Positions 38,620-49,041 of a stretch of 64,000 nt of DNA are shown piece by piece. The position numbers were made by a program, and so were the translations under genes. The notes under the pieces were generated by a model, which ran no database searches, was not told where the DNA came from, and saw only the letters and a list, made by a program, of their open reading frames with translations. Origin of the DNA: an uncultured virus (IMG/VR IMGVR_UViG_3300044858_003318) (lineage: Duplodnaviria > Heunggongvirae > Uroviricota > Caudoviricetes); IMG/VR virus record IMGVR_UViG_3300044858_003318; one strand, written 5' to 3'. Positions within the stretch are counted from its first letter, which is position 1. Each line of letters starts with the position of its first letter.

Positions 38620-40367
38620 CTCGTTATACTATTACTTCGTTCATTAATTCCGGAAACCATCGCCGCTTTAATATCTTCTAAAGGCAACAATGGCGACATT
38701 TCTTCTAGTAATCCAGCTTGAATTGTATTGTCATTATTTTTGATACCTTTTACTTTAGGTATAAATTCTTGATTCGGATCCATAAATACTTCTAAAATAC
38801 TTTGATTGGTAGCTGCTAAAAAATCATCAACATTATCTAATGTATAATAATCATATCCAAATGCATCTGCTACTTTTTTATATTCTGGAAGTTCTACGCC
38901 TGTTGATTTATCAACGCAAGTTTTCGTTCCACCAAATAACATGTTTTGCGTATGCTTGATCATTAAGTAGCCATCATTGTTAAAGATAACAATTTTAACT
39001 GGCAAATTATGAGTTTTAATTGTTTGAAGTTCTTGTAAATTCATCATCATACCTCCATCACAATTCAAACATAATACTGACTTATTACCAAATCCAGCGC
39101 CAACCGCCGCGGCAAGACCATATCCCATTTCGCCTAAACCTAATGATGTAAACATCTTTTGATTTGGTTTGATATTAAATCCATAAAAGCCACTTAATAA
39201 AGCAGTTCCCATGTCCGTAACAATTGTATAGTTATCGGGTACTTTGTTTGAGAACCAATCTATAAATGTATATGAATTAGTAGGATCAACTAAATGTTCA
39301 GGCATTACTCTAGGATATTTGTTTCGAATGTTATCGCAATATAATTTCCAATCCGTAGTGTCTACTTTAATTAAATCAACTGAAATTAAATCATATAAGA
39401 TGTTTCCGATATCTTCATTAATTGGTAATCCATCAAATTTATTTGTTTCTGTTGAGTCTATATCAATATGAACTATTGTTGCATTAGGTGCAAAATCTTT
39501 TCTAGAATATCCTGTTTGTAATAGAGATAATCTACTTCCCATTACAATTAATAAATCGCAATTTTGTACTATAAAATTGGATGAACGTTGTCCTTGAACA
39601 CCTGAACGACCGTAGTTATTTGAATGAGTTTCTTCAAGTAAATCTACTGCTGACCAAGTTAATATTGTGGGTAAATTATGTTGCTCAATAAATTGTTTAA
39701 ATAATTTTTCTGATTGAGATAATTTAACTCCATGTCCTCCAATTACAACTGGTCTTTTACTTTGGTTAAGTAAATCTATTAAGTCTAATGTTTTTGGACT
39801 TAACATTGGAGTGTTTAATTTTTTAAATGGGGTGATAGGTTGTTCTTCAACCATTTGTCCTTGAATATCAAATGGTATTTCTAAAAATACAGGACCTGGT
39901 CTATTGATTTGTGTTGTTTCAAATGCCTTTTCAAATGTTTCGTATACATTTTCTTTAGTGATTCGAACAGACATTTTTGTATGTTTTGAAAATGTATCTA
40001 CTGAATCATATCCTTGAATACCGTACATTCTCATATCTGAATATTCATTAATATAATATGATTGTTCTTGTCCCGATATAATAATTCCAGGAATTGAATC
40101 TGCCCAATTGGATAAAATACCAGTAAATGAATTCGAAGATCCTCCGCCGGCTGTAACTAGTGATGCAGCCAGTTTTCCAGTAGATCTATAATATGCTCCC
40201 ATTGCCATAACGGCAGCTTGTTCATGATGTACAGCGATTAATTTAATATTAGATTTGTTATTTATGGAATTGTATATATGAGAATTAGCAGACCCGATAA
40301 TACCAAATACAACTTCGATATTATTCTTTTCTAAAAATTCTGCTATAACATCACTAACTTTTACCAT
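38616..40367 (-). CDS. ThDP-dependent carboligase (YerE/acetolactate-synthase-like)
   Basis: HHEQAA.MA, MGYGL, CDGGMMMNLQEL...NNDGY ThDP motif. Confidence 0.9.
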   Translation of the reverse strand: MVKVSDVIAEFLEKNNIEVVFGIIGSANSHIYNSINNKSNIKLIAVHHEQAAVMAMGAYYRSTGKLAASLVTAGGGSSNSFTGILSNWADSIPGIIISGQEQSYYINEYSDMRMYGIQGYDSVDTFSKHTKMSVRITKENVYETFEKAFETTQINRPGPVFLEIPFDIQGQMVEEQPITPFKKLNTPMLSPKTLDLIDLLNQSKRPVVIGGHGVKLSQSEKLFKQFIEQHNLPTILTWSAVDLLEETHSNNYGRSGVQGQRSSNFIVQNCDLLIVMGSRLSLLQTGYSRKDFAPNATIVHIDIDSTETNKFDGLPINEDIGNILYDLISVDLIKVDTTDWKLYCDNIRNKYPRVMPEHLVDPTNSYTFIDWFSNKVPDNYTIVTDMGTALLSGFYGFNIKPNQKMFTSLGLGEMGYGLAAAVGAGFGNKSVLCLNCDGGMMMNLQELQTIKTHNLPVKIVIFNNDGYLMIKHTQNMLFGGTKTCVDKSTGVELPEYKKVADAFGYDYYTLDNVDDFLAATNQSILEVFMDPNQEFIPKVKGIKNNDNTIQAGLLEEMSPLLPLEDIKAAMVSGINERSNSITR

Positions 40368-41311
40368 ATAAATTTATTTCTATAATATTTTACAATTTCT
40401 TTTAACTCAACATCAAATTGTTTCCTCGGTTCCCAGCCTAGAGATCTTAGTTTAGAATCATTTAATGAATATCTAACATCCATACCTGGCCTATTATATG
40501 ATAAATCAATATATTTTTCAATATCATTTATATCAATATTATTTATAATAAGAAGTTTTTTAACAGTTTCCAAGTTGCTTTGTTCAAACCCACCACATAT
40601 ATTAAAAATTTCATTTTCGACGCCAGATTCTATGATTGTAATTATAGAATTTGCAGTATCTTGTGCATGTAGCCAATTTCTAACGGGAGTACCACCATTA
40701 TGTAATGGTATTTTTTTTCCCAATGTTAATAATTTGCACGCTTTAGGAATTAGTTTTTCTACATACTGACCAATGCCGTAATTATTTGTAGGACGAACAA
40801 TTACATACGGTACATTATGAGTACGTTGCCAAGCTAATATTAACATATCGGCTGCAGCTTTTGTTGCTGAATAAGGATTAGAAGGTTTTAATAGATGTTC
40901 TTCTGTATGTTCGCCAGATTCAATATCTCCATATACTTCGTCTGTACTAAAATGTAATAATATTGGTTTTTTAGAATGTTCCCCTCGATGATTCTTTATA
41001 AGTTCTAATAAATTATGAACACCATCGATATTTGATTTAATGAATTCAGAACTGCTAACAATTGAATTTCCAACATGTGTTTCTGCTGCAGTATTAATCA
41101 CATAATCACAATCATATAAAAATTTTAAATCATTGATATCGCAATGCACAAAAGAAAAATTTGGATATATTTTAAATTCATTTAATACATCTTTATTTGC
41201 AGCATATGTAATTTTATCAACGCCTTTAACATACCAACCTTTTTCTAAACACGTACGTGTCACATAGGATCCTATAAATCCTAAACATCCGGTCACATAA
41301 ACTACTTTCAT
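40361..41311 (-). CDS. rfbB: dTDP-glucose 4,6-dehydratase-like SDR
   Basis: GFIGS, AAETHV, STDEVYG, PSNPYSATK, NNYG..Q..EKLIP. Confidence 0.85.
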   Translation of the reverse strand: MKVVYVTGCLGFIGSYVTRTCLEKGWYVKGVDKITYAANKDVLNEFKIYPNFSFVHCDINDLKFLYDCDYVINTAAETHVGNSIVSSSEFIKSNIDGVHNLLELIKNHRGEHSKKPILLHFSTDEVYGDIESGEHTEEHLLKPSNPYSATKAAADMLILAWQRTHNVPYVIVRPTNNYGIGQYVEKLIPKACKLLTLGKKIPLHNGGTPVRNWLHAQDTANSIITIIESGVENEIFNICGGFEQSNLETVKKLLIINNIDINDIEKYIDLSYNRPGMDVRYSLNDSKLRSLGWEPRKQFDVELKEIVKYYRNKFIW

Positions 41312-42141
41312 ACAAATCTTTCTTTACATCGTTCTACAAACTTATTAACTTGTTTAATCATATCTTCTTCAGCTATTTCAATTTCTTTATATAACAATGG
41401 CAATGTTTCTATTGCTCTGTCGATATCGGTTTCGCCGAAAGCTACCCCATATGGATTAAACCTAGATCCCATTAACCATTCTTCTTTTGTTTTTGTTCCG
41501 TCTGGGATTACTATACTTATACAACCACACATTGCTGCTTGTATAGATAAAAAAGTATAATTATCATAACAATAAAATTTTTTAGTTGCATTAAATATAC
41601 TTGATATATTTGATAAATTTCCAGCATCATGAAATTTAATTTCAATCGAGTCAGCTGGGTGTACTAATGATTTTGGATTTCCTTTTCGTATAGAATAGCA
41701 ACTTCCGTTTCTAGATACATTTTTATTTTGAAATATATTCGAATGAAATTCTGTTATCATTAATTGATTTTCGCGCGATCCTAATTCGTCAGTATAATAA
41801 TAATCCATATACCAATATATTAAATCCGTATCTGAATATGTATTATAATCTGTTTGATTTGCTGGGCCTAATATCCATCTTACCACATTTTTTGAATTCA
41901 ATGGATTATAATGAATTCCTTCCGGATATATTACAATTGCATCAGAAATGTTATCAAATATTTCTTGAGTTATTAACGGCGTATTGTAATCGGAACATAC
42001 ATTAAATGTATCTCGTACATGGATTGGCATTAAATAACAAGGATAACCAATTTGGTTTAGTAAATGACATAATTTATGCATTACTTTGATTCCGCCAACA
42101 CCCGGATCATAATCATATGTGTAAATTACAAAAGGTTTCAT
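41308..42141 (-). CDS. putative glycosyltransferase (WavQ-like)
   Basis: GGIKVMHKLCH, IYPE, VVRW, QAAMCGC. Confidence 0.6.
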   Translation of the reverse strand: MKPFVIYTYDYDPGVGGIKVMHKLCHLLNQIGYPCYLMPIHVRDTFNVCSDYNTPLITQEIFDNISDAIVIYPEGIHYNPLNSKNVVRWILGPANQTDYNTYSDTDLIYWYMDYYYTDELGSRENQLMITEFHSNIFQNKNVSRNGSCYSIRKGNPKSLVHPADSIEIKFHDAGNLSNISSIFNATKKFYCYDNYTFLSIQAAMCGCISIVIPDGTKTKEEWLMGSRFNPYGVAFGETDIDRAIETLPLLYKEIEIAEEDMIKQVNKFVERCKERFV

Positions 42142-42884
42142 ACTAAATTGTGCGTATTTTCATTTAAAAACCAATAAACATTATCAGAATATCGTTCTTC
42201 TCCAATACAATGCATAAAATCTATTTGATTTGGTAATTCAATAATTCTTTTTTTGTCTAATGCATGTCCTATAGCGGCTGGGGCTGATAAATTTGCGATT
42301 AACATGTTACATGAATTAATAGAAGTAAACCATTCATCTAAAGTTGTTACCTTGTAAAATTCAACTAAATGTTTATACGGAAATTCATTATAATCATTAA
42401 TGGTAGACGAAATAAATAATACGTTGTCTTTACCATAATGATCAATTAATTGTTCATATGGAAAATCTGGATTACGCATTACATTAGCTTTACGTTGTAT
42501 TAATATTTTGTTTTGTAAAATGGTATCGAGTTTATTATACGTTAACCATTTATAGTCGCCATTTATCGTAAATTTAAACATGTTTTGATAAATATTTGAC
42601 CAACACGTTTGATATAATAGTTCTGAGTCAATATATCGTCCTAAATCAATATATTCCGCCGGAACTTCATGTTTAACGTAATTATCATATATTCCGAAAC
42701 TTTTAATATATGGCTGTTGCATAATTATATCATACAACTCTTGATATGTATTTTCAATTCCAAATTCCCATCCTATGTCGTACATGTATAAATCAGCCGG
42801 CTCATTATGAAGTTCGCATAAATTTTTTACAGCAAATAATGAATGAACAAAATCACCTAATTTGCCTCCCATTAAAAACTTCAT
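42138..42884 (-). CDS. putative GT9-like glycosyltransferase
   Basis: GKLGD N-terminus; IANLSAPAAIGHAL. Confidence 0.55.
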   Translation of the reverse strand: MKFLMGGKLGDFVHSLFAVKNLCELHNEPADLYMYDIGWEFGIENTYQELYDIIMQQPYIKSFGIYDNYVKHEVPAEYIDLGRYIDSELLYQTCWSNIYQNMFKFTINGDYKWLTYNKLDTILQNKILIQRKANVMRNPDFPYEQLIDHYGKDNVLFISSTINDYNEFPYKHLVEFYKVTTLDEWFTSINSCNMLIANLSAPAAIGHALDKKRIIELPNQIDFMHCIGEERYSDNVYWFLNENTHNLV

Positions 42885-43231
42885 AATTTTATCTCAGTAT
42901 ATTCAGTTTCGAAAAATTTTTCTTGTATTGCTATTTTTTTTAAATACCGGTCGTAATTTGCTTTAGCAGTTATAGTAGATAATTCAGATTCATGTGCTCT
43001 GTCGACTAATTCAAACACTAATGCATTGGTATTTCGTAACATTTCATATTCGATGCTAGTTTTTATTTGATTAAATTTATCGATTCCTATTTGATTTATT
43101 ATTTCATCACTTAATAACTGATATGAAGTGTTTAATTTTTTATTGACAATGCCGGTACTGTTTTCTAATTTTACTTCATAAATTGATAGTAAATCAAATA
43201 CATACGATTCATCTAAACTAATCTTTAACAT
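42881..43231 (-). CDS. helical hypothetical protein common in glycan clusters
   Basis: D.LSI.EVK...N.DR...K..I...E.K. Confidence 0.6.
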   Translation of the reverse strand: MLKISLDESYVFDLLSIYEVKLENSTGIVNKKLNTSYQLLSDEIINQIGIDKFNQIKTSIEYEMLRNTNALVFELVDRAHESELSTITAKANYDRYLKKIAIQEKFFETEYTEIKL

Positions 43232-43237
43232 ATAACG

Positions 43238-43858
43238 TTATTTATTTTTAATATTTTCTATAATATGAAGTCCAGTGCATTTTTCAAAGTAATTATTCGA
43301 TATAAATTCATTTGAAAAATATTTTGGATTAATCCACCAATCTTCGAAGTAATTAGTATCATCCCATAATCCTAAACTACCATTTGGTGCTTTAACATCG
43401 TCGCATAATCGAATATATCCTTTTGATGATAAAATATCATATGATTTTGTTTTAGACTCATTGCCGCCAGCATAAAAATCATGTTCAAATGTCATTATTT
43501 TAAATTCATACGAATCAAATGGAAAATTTTCTAATCCAACGATTGATGTTGGATCGATATCTAATGATATGTAATCAATTACGGTTGGCACTTCATAAAA
43601 ATTAAAAATATCTCGTAATTCCGTTTGAGGTATAAGAACAGTTAATACATCCGAATTTATACTTACATTACGACGATTTGTTGCTGATGCTGGGTCTCCG
43701 TCAATACATACGCCTTTCCAACCAGCTTCTTCTAGAAGCAATGTATTACTATTGATTCCAGTGTGATCAAATCCGGCGCCAATATCTACAAAAAACCCGG
43801 CGTTCCCAATAAGTTTTAGTGCAAATTGATCTTGGTATACTTGTGAATATGTTTTCAT
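43238..43858 (-). CDS. FkbM-like SAM methyltransferase
   Basis: YSQ..QD, FFVDIGA, SNT.LLE..GWKG, IDYISLD, EHD, EDWW. Confidence 0.8.
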   Translation of the reverse strand: MKTYSQVYQDQFALKLIGNAGFFVDIGAGFDHTGINSNTLLLEEAGWKGVCIDGDPASATNRRNVSINSDVLTVLIPQTELRDIFNFYEVPTVIDYISLDIDPTSIVGLENFPFDSYEFKIMTFEHDFYAGGNESKTKSYDILSSKGYIRLCDDVKAPNGSLGLWDDTNYFEDWWINPKYFSNEFISNNYFEKCTGLHIIENIKNK

Positions 43859-44775
43859 GCTGTTACGAATTCTATTAAACGTTTAAATGTATCAATTAAA
43901 TTTTCCTGAGACCATTCTTTCCGCAATTTTTCTACATAGTTAGTTGTTTTATTAAATTCTAATATTTCTGGTAATGTATGTAATGCCATATCTATATTAG
44001 GATCGTACACCGGATTAAACATACCTACATTGGTAATTGCTAATGGCGTATTAGTAGATATTACATAATCAGGAACTCCAGAAATGTCGCGGCCATATCG
44101 ATATGCAAATGCCATTAAATCATTGTTATAACAAAAATCTAAAATTTCTTCATTTGAAAGAAACTCAGTAGTAATATTTAATTTAATTCCAGGTTTTAAC
44201 AGTACCGATCTCATTCTTTCAATATCTGCATTTTGACCGATACCGTCATTATCGCCATAATATGCTCTAGTAATATGAATATTAATTTGTGCATTTTCAA
44301 ATTGATCGTTTACTAATTTTACTAAGTCATCAAAACCTTTACGTTCTCCAGCAAACCCAAATGAGCCAATATGTACAACATCGTGTTTTGGTTTAGGTTT
44401 ACTAAGATCGTATTTATATAATGGTCTCGTAAAACCATTTTTTAATGGATCTTGATCAATATAATAATCAAACGTAGCAGTATGAAAATCTGGCGTATGC
44501 ATTATTGTTACTGTATTTAAATCCGGAAAATTATTTTTTACATGTTGAAGAAGTCCATGATTTAACCAACCATATGGCCCAGTAGGACCACCTTCAATCC
44601 AATTAAACAACAATACGTTAACTTGAGATAAATTTAACTGATTAAAATCTTGCAACGTTTCTATTTCAAAATACTCAATATCCAAATCGCAATGTTGCAG
44701 GGTATCCCAGATACGTAACCCGTATTGATACACCCCGCAATTTTTTTGTTTACTATTTATGTAGTATATTTTCAT
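43855..44775 (-). CDS. putative GT-B glycosyltransferase
   Basis: CGVYQYG, GSFGF...KGF, ISG..D. Confidence 0.65.
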   Translation of the reverse strand: MKIYYINSKQKNCGVYQYGLRIWDTLQHCDLDIEYFEIETLQDFNQLNLSQVNVLLFNWIEGGPTGPYGWLNHGLLQHVKNNFPDLNTVTIMHTPDFHTATFDYYIDQDPLKNGFTRPLYKYDLSKPKPKHDVVHIGSFGFAGERKGFDDLVKLVNDQFENAQINIHITRAYYGDNDGIGQNADIERMRSVLLKPGIKLNITTEFLSNEEILDFCYNNDLMAFAYRYGRDISGVPDYVISTNTPLAITNVGMFNPVYDPNIDMALHTLPEILEFNKTTNYVEKLRKEWSQENLIDTFKRLIEFVTA

Positions 44776-46007
44776 TATTTTCCAATTATCTCAAACTTAG
44801 GACATGGAACGATAAATTTACCACCATTTGACAAATATTCATCTTCTCTTTGTACAAATTCAGATATAAAATGCCACGGAAGTACTAACATATAATCTGG
44901 CTTCATTGCTCTAACTTCTTCTTCCGATAAAATAGGAATATTAGTTCCAATTGTTTTTAATCCAAATTTATATGGGGAACGTTCTGCAATTGCATCTATC
45001 ATTGTATGATCCAATCCAAACCATTGTAATAATGTATTTCCTTTTGTCGATGCGCCATATCCGCAAATTACTTTACCTTTAGCTTTTTCTTGTTTAATAA
45101 AGTTTACGGTTTGTTCTTTAAGTTCTTCAATATCCGACTGAAACTTTTTCCATATATTTAAATCATTCATATTATAGAATGTAGTTTCATATTCTAGTAA
45201 CGAATCTACTCTAAATTTACATACATCTCTTAATGGACTAGTACCAAATGATGTAACGTCAGCTGTTTCTTTTTGTACATAAACTCGGAAACTACCTCCA
45301 TTAACATCATTTAAACTGCAGTCGACTATTTTTAATCCGTGACTCTCAAATAATTTTTTAAATGAACCAATTGAATGATAATATGCGTGTTCGTGACAAA
45401 TATTATCAAATGCCAATTGTTTAATCATTAATGGAGTATATGACAATTGTAATACCCATATTCCATTATCATCTAATATTTTACAAACATCATTAATAAA
45501 AGGATGCGGATCTAATAGATCGTAAAACATAGCAATCGTCGTTATAACTTTGACTTTTTTATCGCCATACCCCGTACGTTGATATGCGTCGTAACTAAAA
45601 TAATCTTGTACAATCGTAGCTACTTTAGATGATTCGTTAACAAAAGTATCATCTGCAGGATCGATACCTATTTTACTATAAGTATCAGGTACTTGCTTTA
45701 ATAAAGTTCCATCATTACATGCAATATCTAACCATATGTCACCTGATTGATGTTTTACTCGAGATGTTATTTCATCTACAATGTTTCCTAATTCTTTAGT
45801 CATAGTAGCATTAATTCCGGAACGATACCAATACTTACCCCACATCGTTTCATTTGGTGGCATTCCCGTTAATCTAGCAGCGCCAATTTCAGTGTTTAAT
45901 ACTAAATCTAAACTATATTTTTCTCGGCCGGTATAGTCGGATTCTGATTTAATAAAATCCGAAACATAATGTTCGCCTAAATTTACAACTTTGATGTTAT
46001 TTTCCAT
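44775..46007 (-). CDS. NDP-sugar C-methyltransferase
   Basis: DIACNDGTLL, FDNICHEH, NGGSFR, GYGASTKGNTLL, LPWHF. Confidence 0.88.
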   Translation of the reverse strand: MENNIKVVNLGEHYVSDFIKSESDYTGREKYSLDLVLNTEIGAARLTGMPPNETMWGKYWYRSGINATMTKELGNIVDEITSRVKHQSGDIWLDIACNDGTLLKQVPDTYSKIGIDPADDTFVNESSKVATIVQDYFSYDAYQRTGYGDKKVKVITTIAMFYDLLDPHPFINDVCKILDDNGIWVLQLSYTPLMIKQLAFDNICHEHAYYHSIGSFKKLFESHGLKIVDCSLNDVNGGSFRVYVQKETADVTSFGTSPLRDVCKFRVDSLLEYETTFYNMNDLNIWKKFQSDIEELKEQTVNFIKQEKAKGKVICGYGASTKGNTLLQWFGLDHTMIDAIAERSPYKFGLKTIGTNIPILSEEEVRAMKPDYMLVLPWHFISEFVQREDEYLSNGGKFIVPCPKFEIIGK

Positions 46008-46011
46008 ATAT

Positions 46012-46989
46012 TTACTTTATATTATTTTTTAATAAATTAATATCATTAGTTACCATTATATTAACCATTTGTTCCAAACTGGTTTTAGGTTCCCATCCTA
46101 ATTTTTCTTTTGCTTTTGATGCATCGCCTAATAAACACATCGGATCTACTGGACGTAATAATTTACTGTCAAATTTAACAAATTTACTCCAATTATCAAT
46201 TCCAATACACGCAAATGAATAATCTAAAAATTCTTTAATTGAATATGTTTTACCAGTTGCTAAAACAAAATCTTCCGGAGTATCTTGTTGAAGCATCATC
46301 CACATTCCTTCTACGTAATCAGGCGCATATCCCCAATCTCTTTTAGATTCGATATTTCCTAATGTTATATGATCTGCTAATCCTAAATGTATACGAGCAA
46401 CTCCATCAGTAATTTTTCGTGTTACAAATTCTACACCCCTACGTTCTGATTCATGATTGAATAAAATTCCATTTACTGCAAACATACCATAACTTTCTCG
46501 ATAGTTTTTAGTAATCCAATACGCATATAATTTTGCTACACCGTATGGCGAACATGGATGAAAATCTGTTAATTCATTAGCAGTTCCACCTTTTTTACCA
46601 AACATTTCAGATGACGATGCTTGATAAAATTTAGTGTTTTTATTTCCATATTCGCGAATAGCTTCTAAAACGCGTAATGCACCTAAACCGGTTATATCTG
46701 AAGTTTGTTCCGGTGTTCCCCAACTTTCTCCAGCAAAGGATTGTGCTCCTAAATTATAAACTTCATGCGGTTCGCTATCTTTAACTGCGCGAACTAATGA
46801 ATTTTGATCCGATAAATCTCCTTTCAACATATGAATTTGATCGGATACTTTGAATAAATTCGGAGTATATGGTGTACTTTTTCTTCGTTCTAATCCAAAT
46901 ACTTCATAATCTTTTGATAATAAAAATTCGGCTAAATGAGATCCATCCATCCCGCCGATACCTGTAATTAATGCTCGTTTCTTTTTCAT
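46012..46989 (-). CDS. gmd: GDP-mannose 4,6-dehydratase
   Basis: ALITGI.G.DGS.LAE, YQASSSEMFG, SPYGVAK, NHESERRG..FVTRKI, RDWG. Confidence 0.95.
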   Translation of the reverse strand: MKKKRALITGIGGMDGSHLAEFLLSKDYEVFGLERRKSTPYTPNLFKVSDQIHMLKGDLSDQNSLVRAVKDSEPHEVYNLGAQSFAGESWGTPEQTSDITGLGALRVLEAIREYGNKNTKFYQASSSEMFGKKGGTANELTDFHPCSPYGVAKLYAYWITKNYRESYGMFAVNGILFNHESERRGVEFVTRKITDGVARIHLGLADHITLGNIESKRDWGYAPDYVEGMWMMLQQDTPEDFVLATGKTYSIKEFLDYSFACIGIDNWSKFVKFDSKLLRPVDPMCLLGDASKAKEKLGWEPKTSLEQMVNIMVTNDINLLKNNIK

Positions 46990-48374
46990 TATTTATTCTT
47001 AAAATTAAAATTAAAAAATTTATCTACAATTGTTTTAATATATGCAATTTGTTCTTCTGTAATAACTGGACTACAACCTAAAAAGAATGTATCGGTTGTA
47101 ACTTTTCTGGCTATTGGAAAATCATTGATTACTTGTTCAGGATCCATTAATCCTTGATATGCTGGCTGTAACATAATATTACCAGCAAAATATGGCCGTG
47201 TTTGTATTTTGTGTGATTCTAAAAATTGACAAAATTCGGCTCTCGTAAATCCAGCACCATCTTTTACCGTTAATGCTACAGCAAACCAATCTGGATCTGC
47301 GTGTTCTGTTGCTTTTGGTAAATAAAAGAATTGTTCATATGATTTAAAAATATCAACAATTAATGCGTGATTTTTTCTTCGAATTTGACCTATTTCTTCT
47401 AATTTTTGCATTTGCACAAATGCCATAGCAGCTTGCATTTCTATTGGTTTTAAATTATAACCAATTTCTTCGTAAACATATTTATGGTCAAATACGTCAT
47501 TTGGCAGAGCTGGTAACCAATTATTAAATCGTTGATTACACATTCCGCATTCTAACTGATTTTGTTTTCCTACACAATAACAGCCTCGACCCCAATCTCT
47601 AAAACTTCTTAAAATTCGCTCCGTTTCTAAATCATTACATGCAACAAAACCGCCTTCACCCATAGTAATATGATGTGCTGGATAAAATGAACAACTGGCC
47701 ATTTTGCCATATGTTCCTAATGGCTGATCTTTGTATTTTGAACCTAATGCATCGCAGCAATCTTCTAATAAAATTAAATTGTATTTTTCAACCAATTCCA
47801 TTAAACGATCCATATTAGGAGGATTTCCTAAAACATGTGCAAATGTTATAACTTTAATATCCGGATCTTCTTTTAATTTTTGTTCTACTTGATCTAAATT
47901 TAAATTTAAAGATTCTAATTCAATATCCACAAATACCGGAGTAAATCCTAACTGCAAAATAGGATTAATTGTTGTAGGAAATCCAGCAATTGGAGTTAAT
48001 ACTTTAGTTCCTTTTGGCAAATTCATACCTCGTTTTGAGGTTAATGCTGCTAACATTAATAAATTTGCACTAGATCCACTGTTCGTTAAAATTCCTAATT
48101 TTTTACCTAACCGTTTAGGAAATCTGGATTCGAAACGTATACCTTCTTGTCCTAAAACTAACCATCCTCCTAGTAATGTTTTAACTGCTGCTATATATTC
48201 TTTTTCATCAAAATAATTTCCAGCATATTGAACTAAATCTTTACCAGCTTCCCATGTTTTAGATGATTCTTTATGTTTGATGAACTTTTCTACTAGATTT
48301 AAAATATCTTCTACTTTTAAATCTTTAGAATCTATGAATTCTCGTTCTAAATCAGTGTACGTTTTATTAATCAT
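46989..48374 (-). CDS. rfbH: NDP-4-keto-6-deoxyhexose 3-dehydratase (E1/DdhC)
   Basis: NSGSSANL, SFYPAHHITMGEGG (His replaces the Schiff-base Lys), RDWGR.CYC...C Fe-S motif, DHKY. Confidence 0.93.
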   Translation of the reverse strand: MINKTYTDLEREFIDSKDLKVEDILNLVEKFIKHKESSKTWEAGKDLVQYAGNYFDEKEYIAAVKTLLGGWLVLGQEGIRFESRFPKRLGKKLGILTNSGSSANLLMLAALTSKRGMNLPKGTKVLTPIAGFPTTINPILQLGFTPVFVDIELESLNLNLDQVEQKLKEDPDIKVITFAHVLGNPPNMDRLMELVEKYNLILLEDCCDALGSKYKDQPLGTYGKMASCSFYPAHHITMGEGGFVACNDLETERILRSFRDWGRGCYCVGKQNQLECGMCNQRFNNWLPALPNDVFDHKYVYEEIGYNLKPIEMQAAMAFVQMQKLEEIGQIRRKNHALIVDIFKSYEQFFYLPKATEHADPDWFAVALTVKDGAGFTRAEFCQFLESHKIQTRPYFAGNIMLQPAYQGLMDPEQVINDFPIARKVTTDTFFLGCSPVITEEQIAYIKTIVDKFFNFNFKNK

Positions 48375-49018
48375 AATGTATTGTAAAAATTATTTTGTTT
48401 TTCTTGTCGGTCAATTGTTTTTGGGTGATATAAAGCAAAATATTCTACATCTGGTAGAATAGTATATGTTTTGAACCCATCCAACCGCTCATGTACTTTA
48501 TTTATCCATTTAATTTCAGGTACATTTCTCCAAATACGCCATTGAAAATCAGGCCAATTAACCCAACCTTTTTCGTTTACTTTCCAGCCCCATTGTTGAA
48601 TATGTTCAGGTGTTAAACCCTCAACTGTGTTTACTCGTGGTACTAAGAAAATATCCATTTCAGGATTTAATTCTAAAAGCTCATGTAAATGTTTAATTAA
48701 ATCCTCTGATGGGTATTCATCAGCATCAATTTGGAAGATATAATCTCCGGTACATTGTTGGGTTAAATGATTTTTAAATGCTGAGAAATCGCTATTTAAT
48801 GGGTTAAATATAACTCGGCAATGCCCTTGTTCATTATGTTTCATGATATACTGCCAAACTAATTTTTTAGCTTCTGACATACTATTAAGATCAGCTACAG
48901 ACAAATCCATTTGAATAACGATTTCGTCATGAGGTTGTTTATGTTCTAACAAAAACGCTAACAATCGTTGAATTTCTATAAATTCATCACAAACGGTTAC
49001 AGCATAACTTATTTTCAT
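48371..49018 (-). CDS. glycosyltransferase family 2
   Basis: IDADE, WPDFQ.R, KVHE. Confidence 0.85.
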   Translation of the reverse strand: MKISYAVTVCDEFIEIQRLLAFLLEHKQPHDEIVIQMDLSVADLNSMSEAKKLVWQYIMKHNEQGHCRVIFNPLNSDFSAFKNHLTQQCTGDYIFQIDADEYPSEDLIKHLHELLELNPEMDIFLVPRVNTVEGLTPEHIQQWGWKVNEKGWVNWPDFQWRIWRNVPEIKWINKVHERLDGFKTYTILPDVEYFALYHPKTIDRQEKQNNFYNTL

Positions 49019-49041
49019 AATATATAATACGTTATTTTAAA

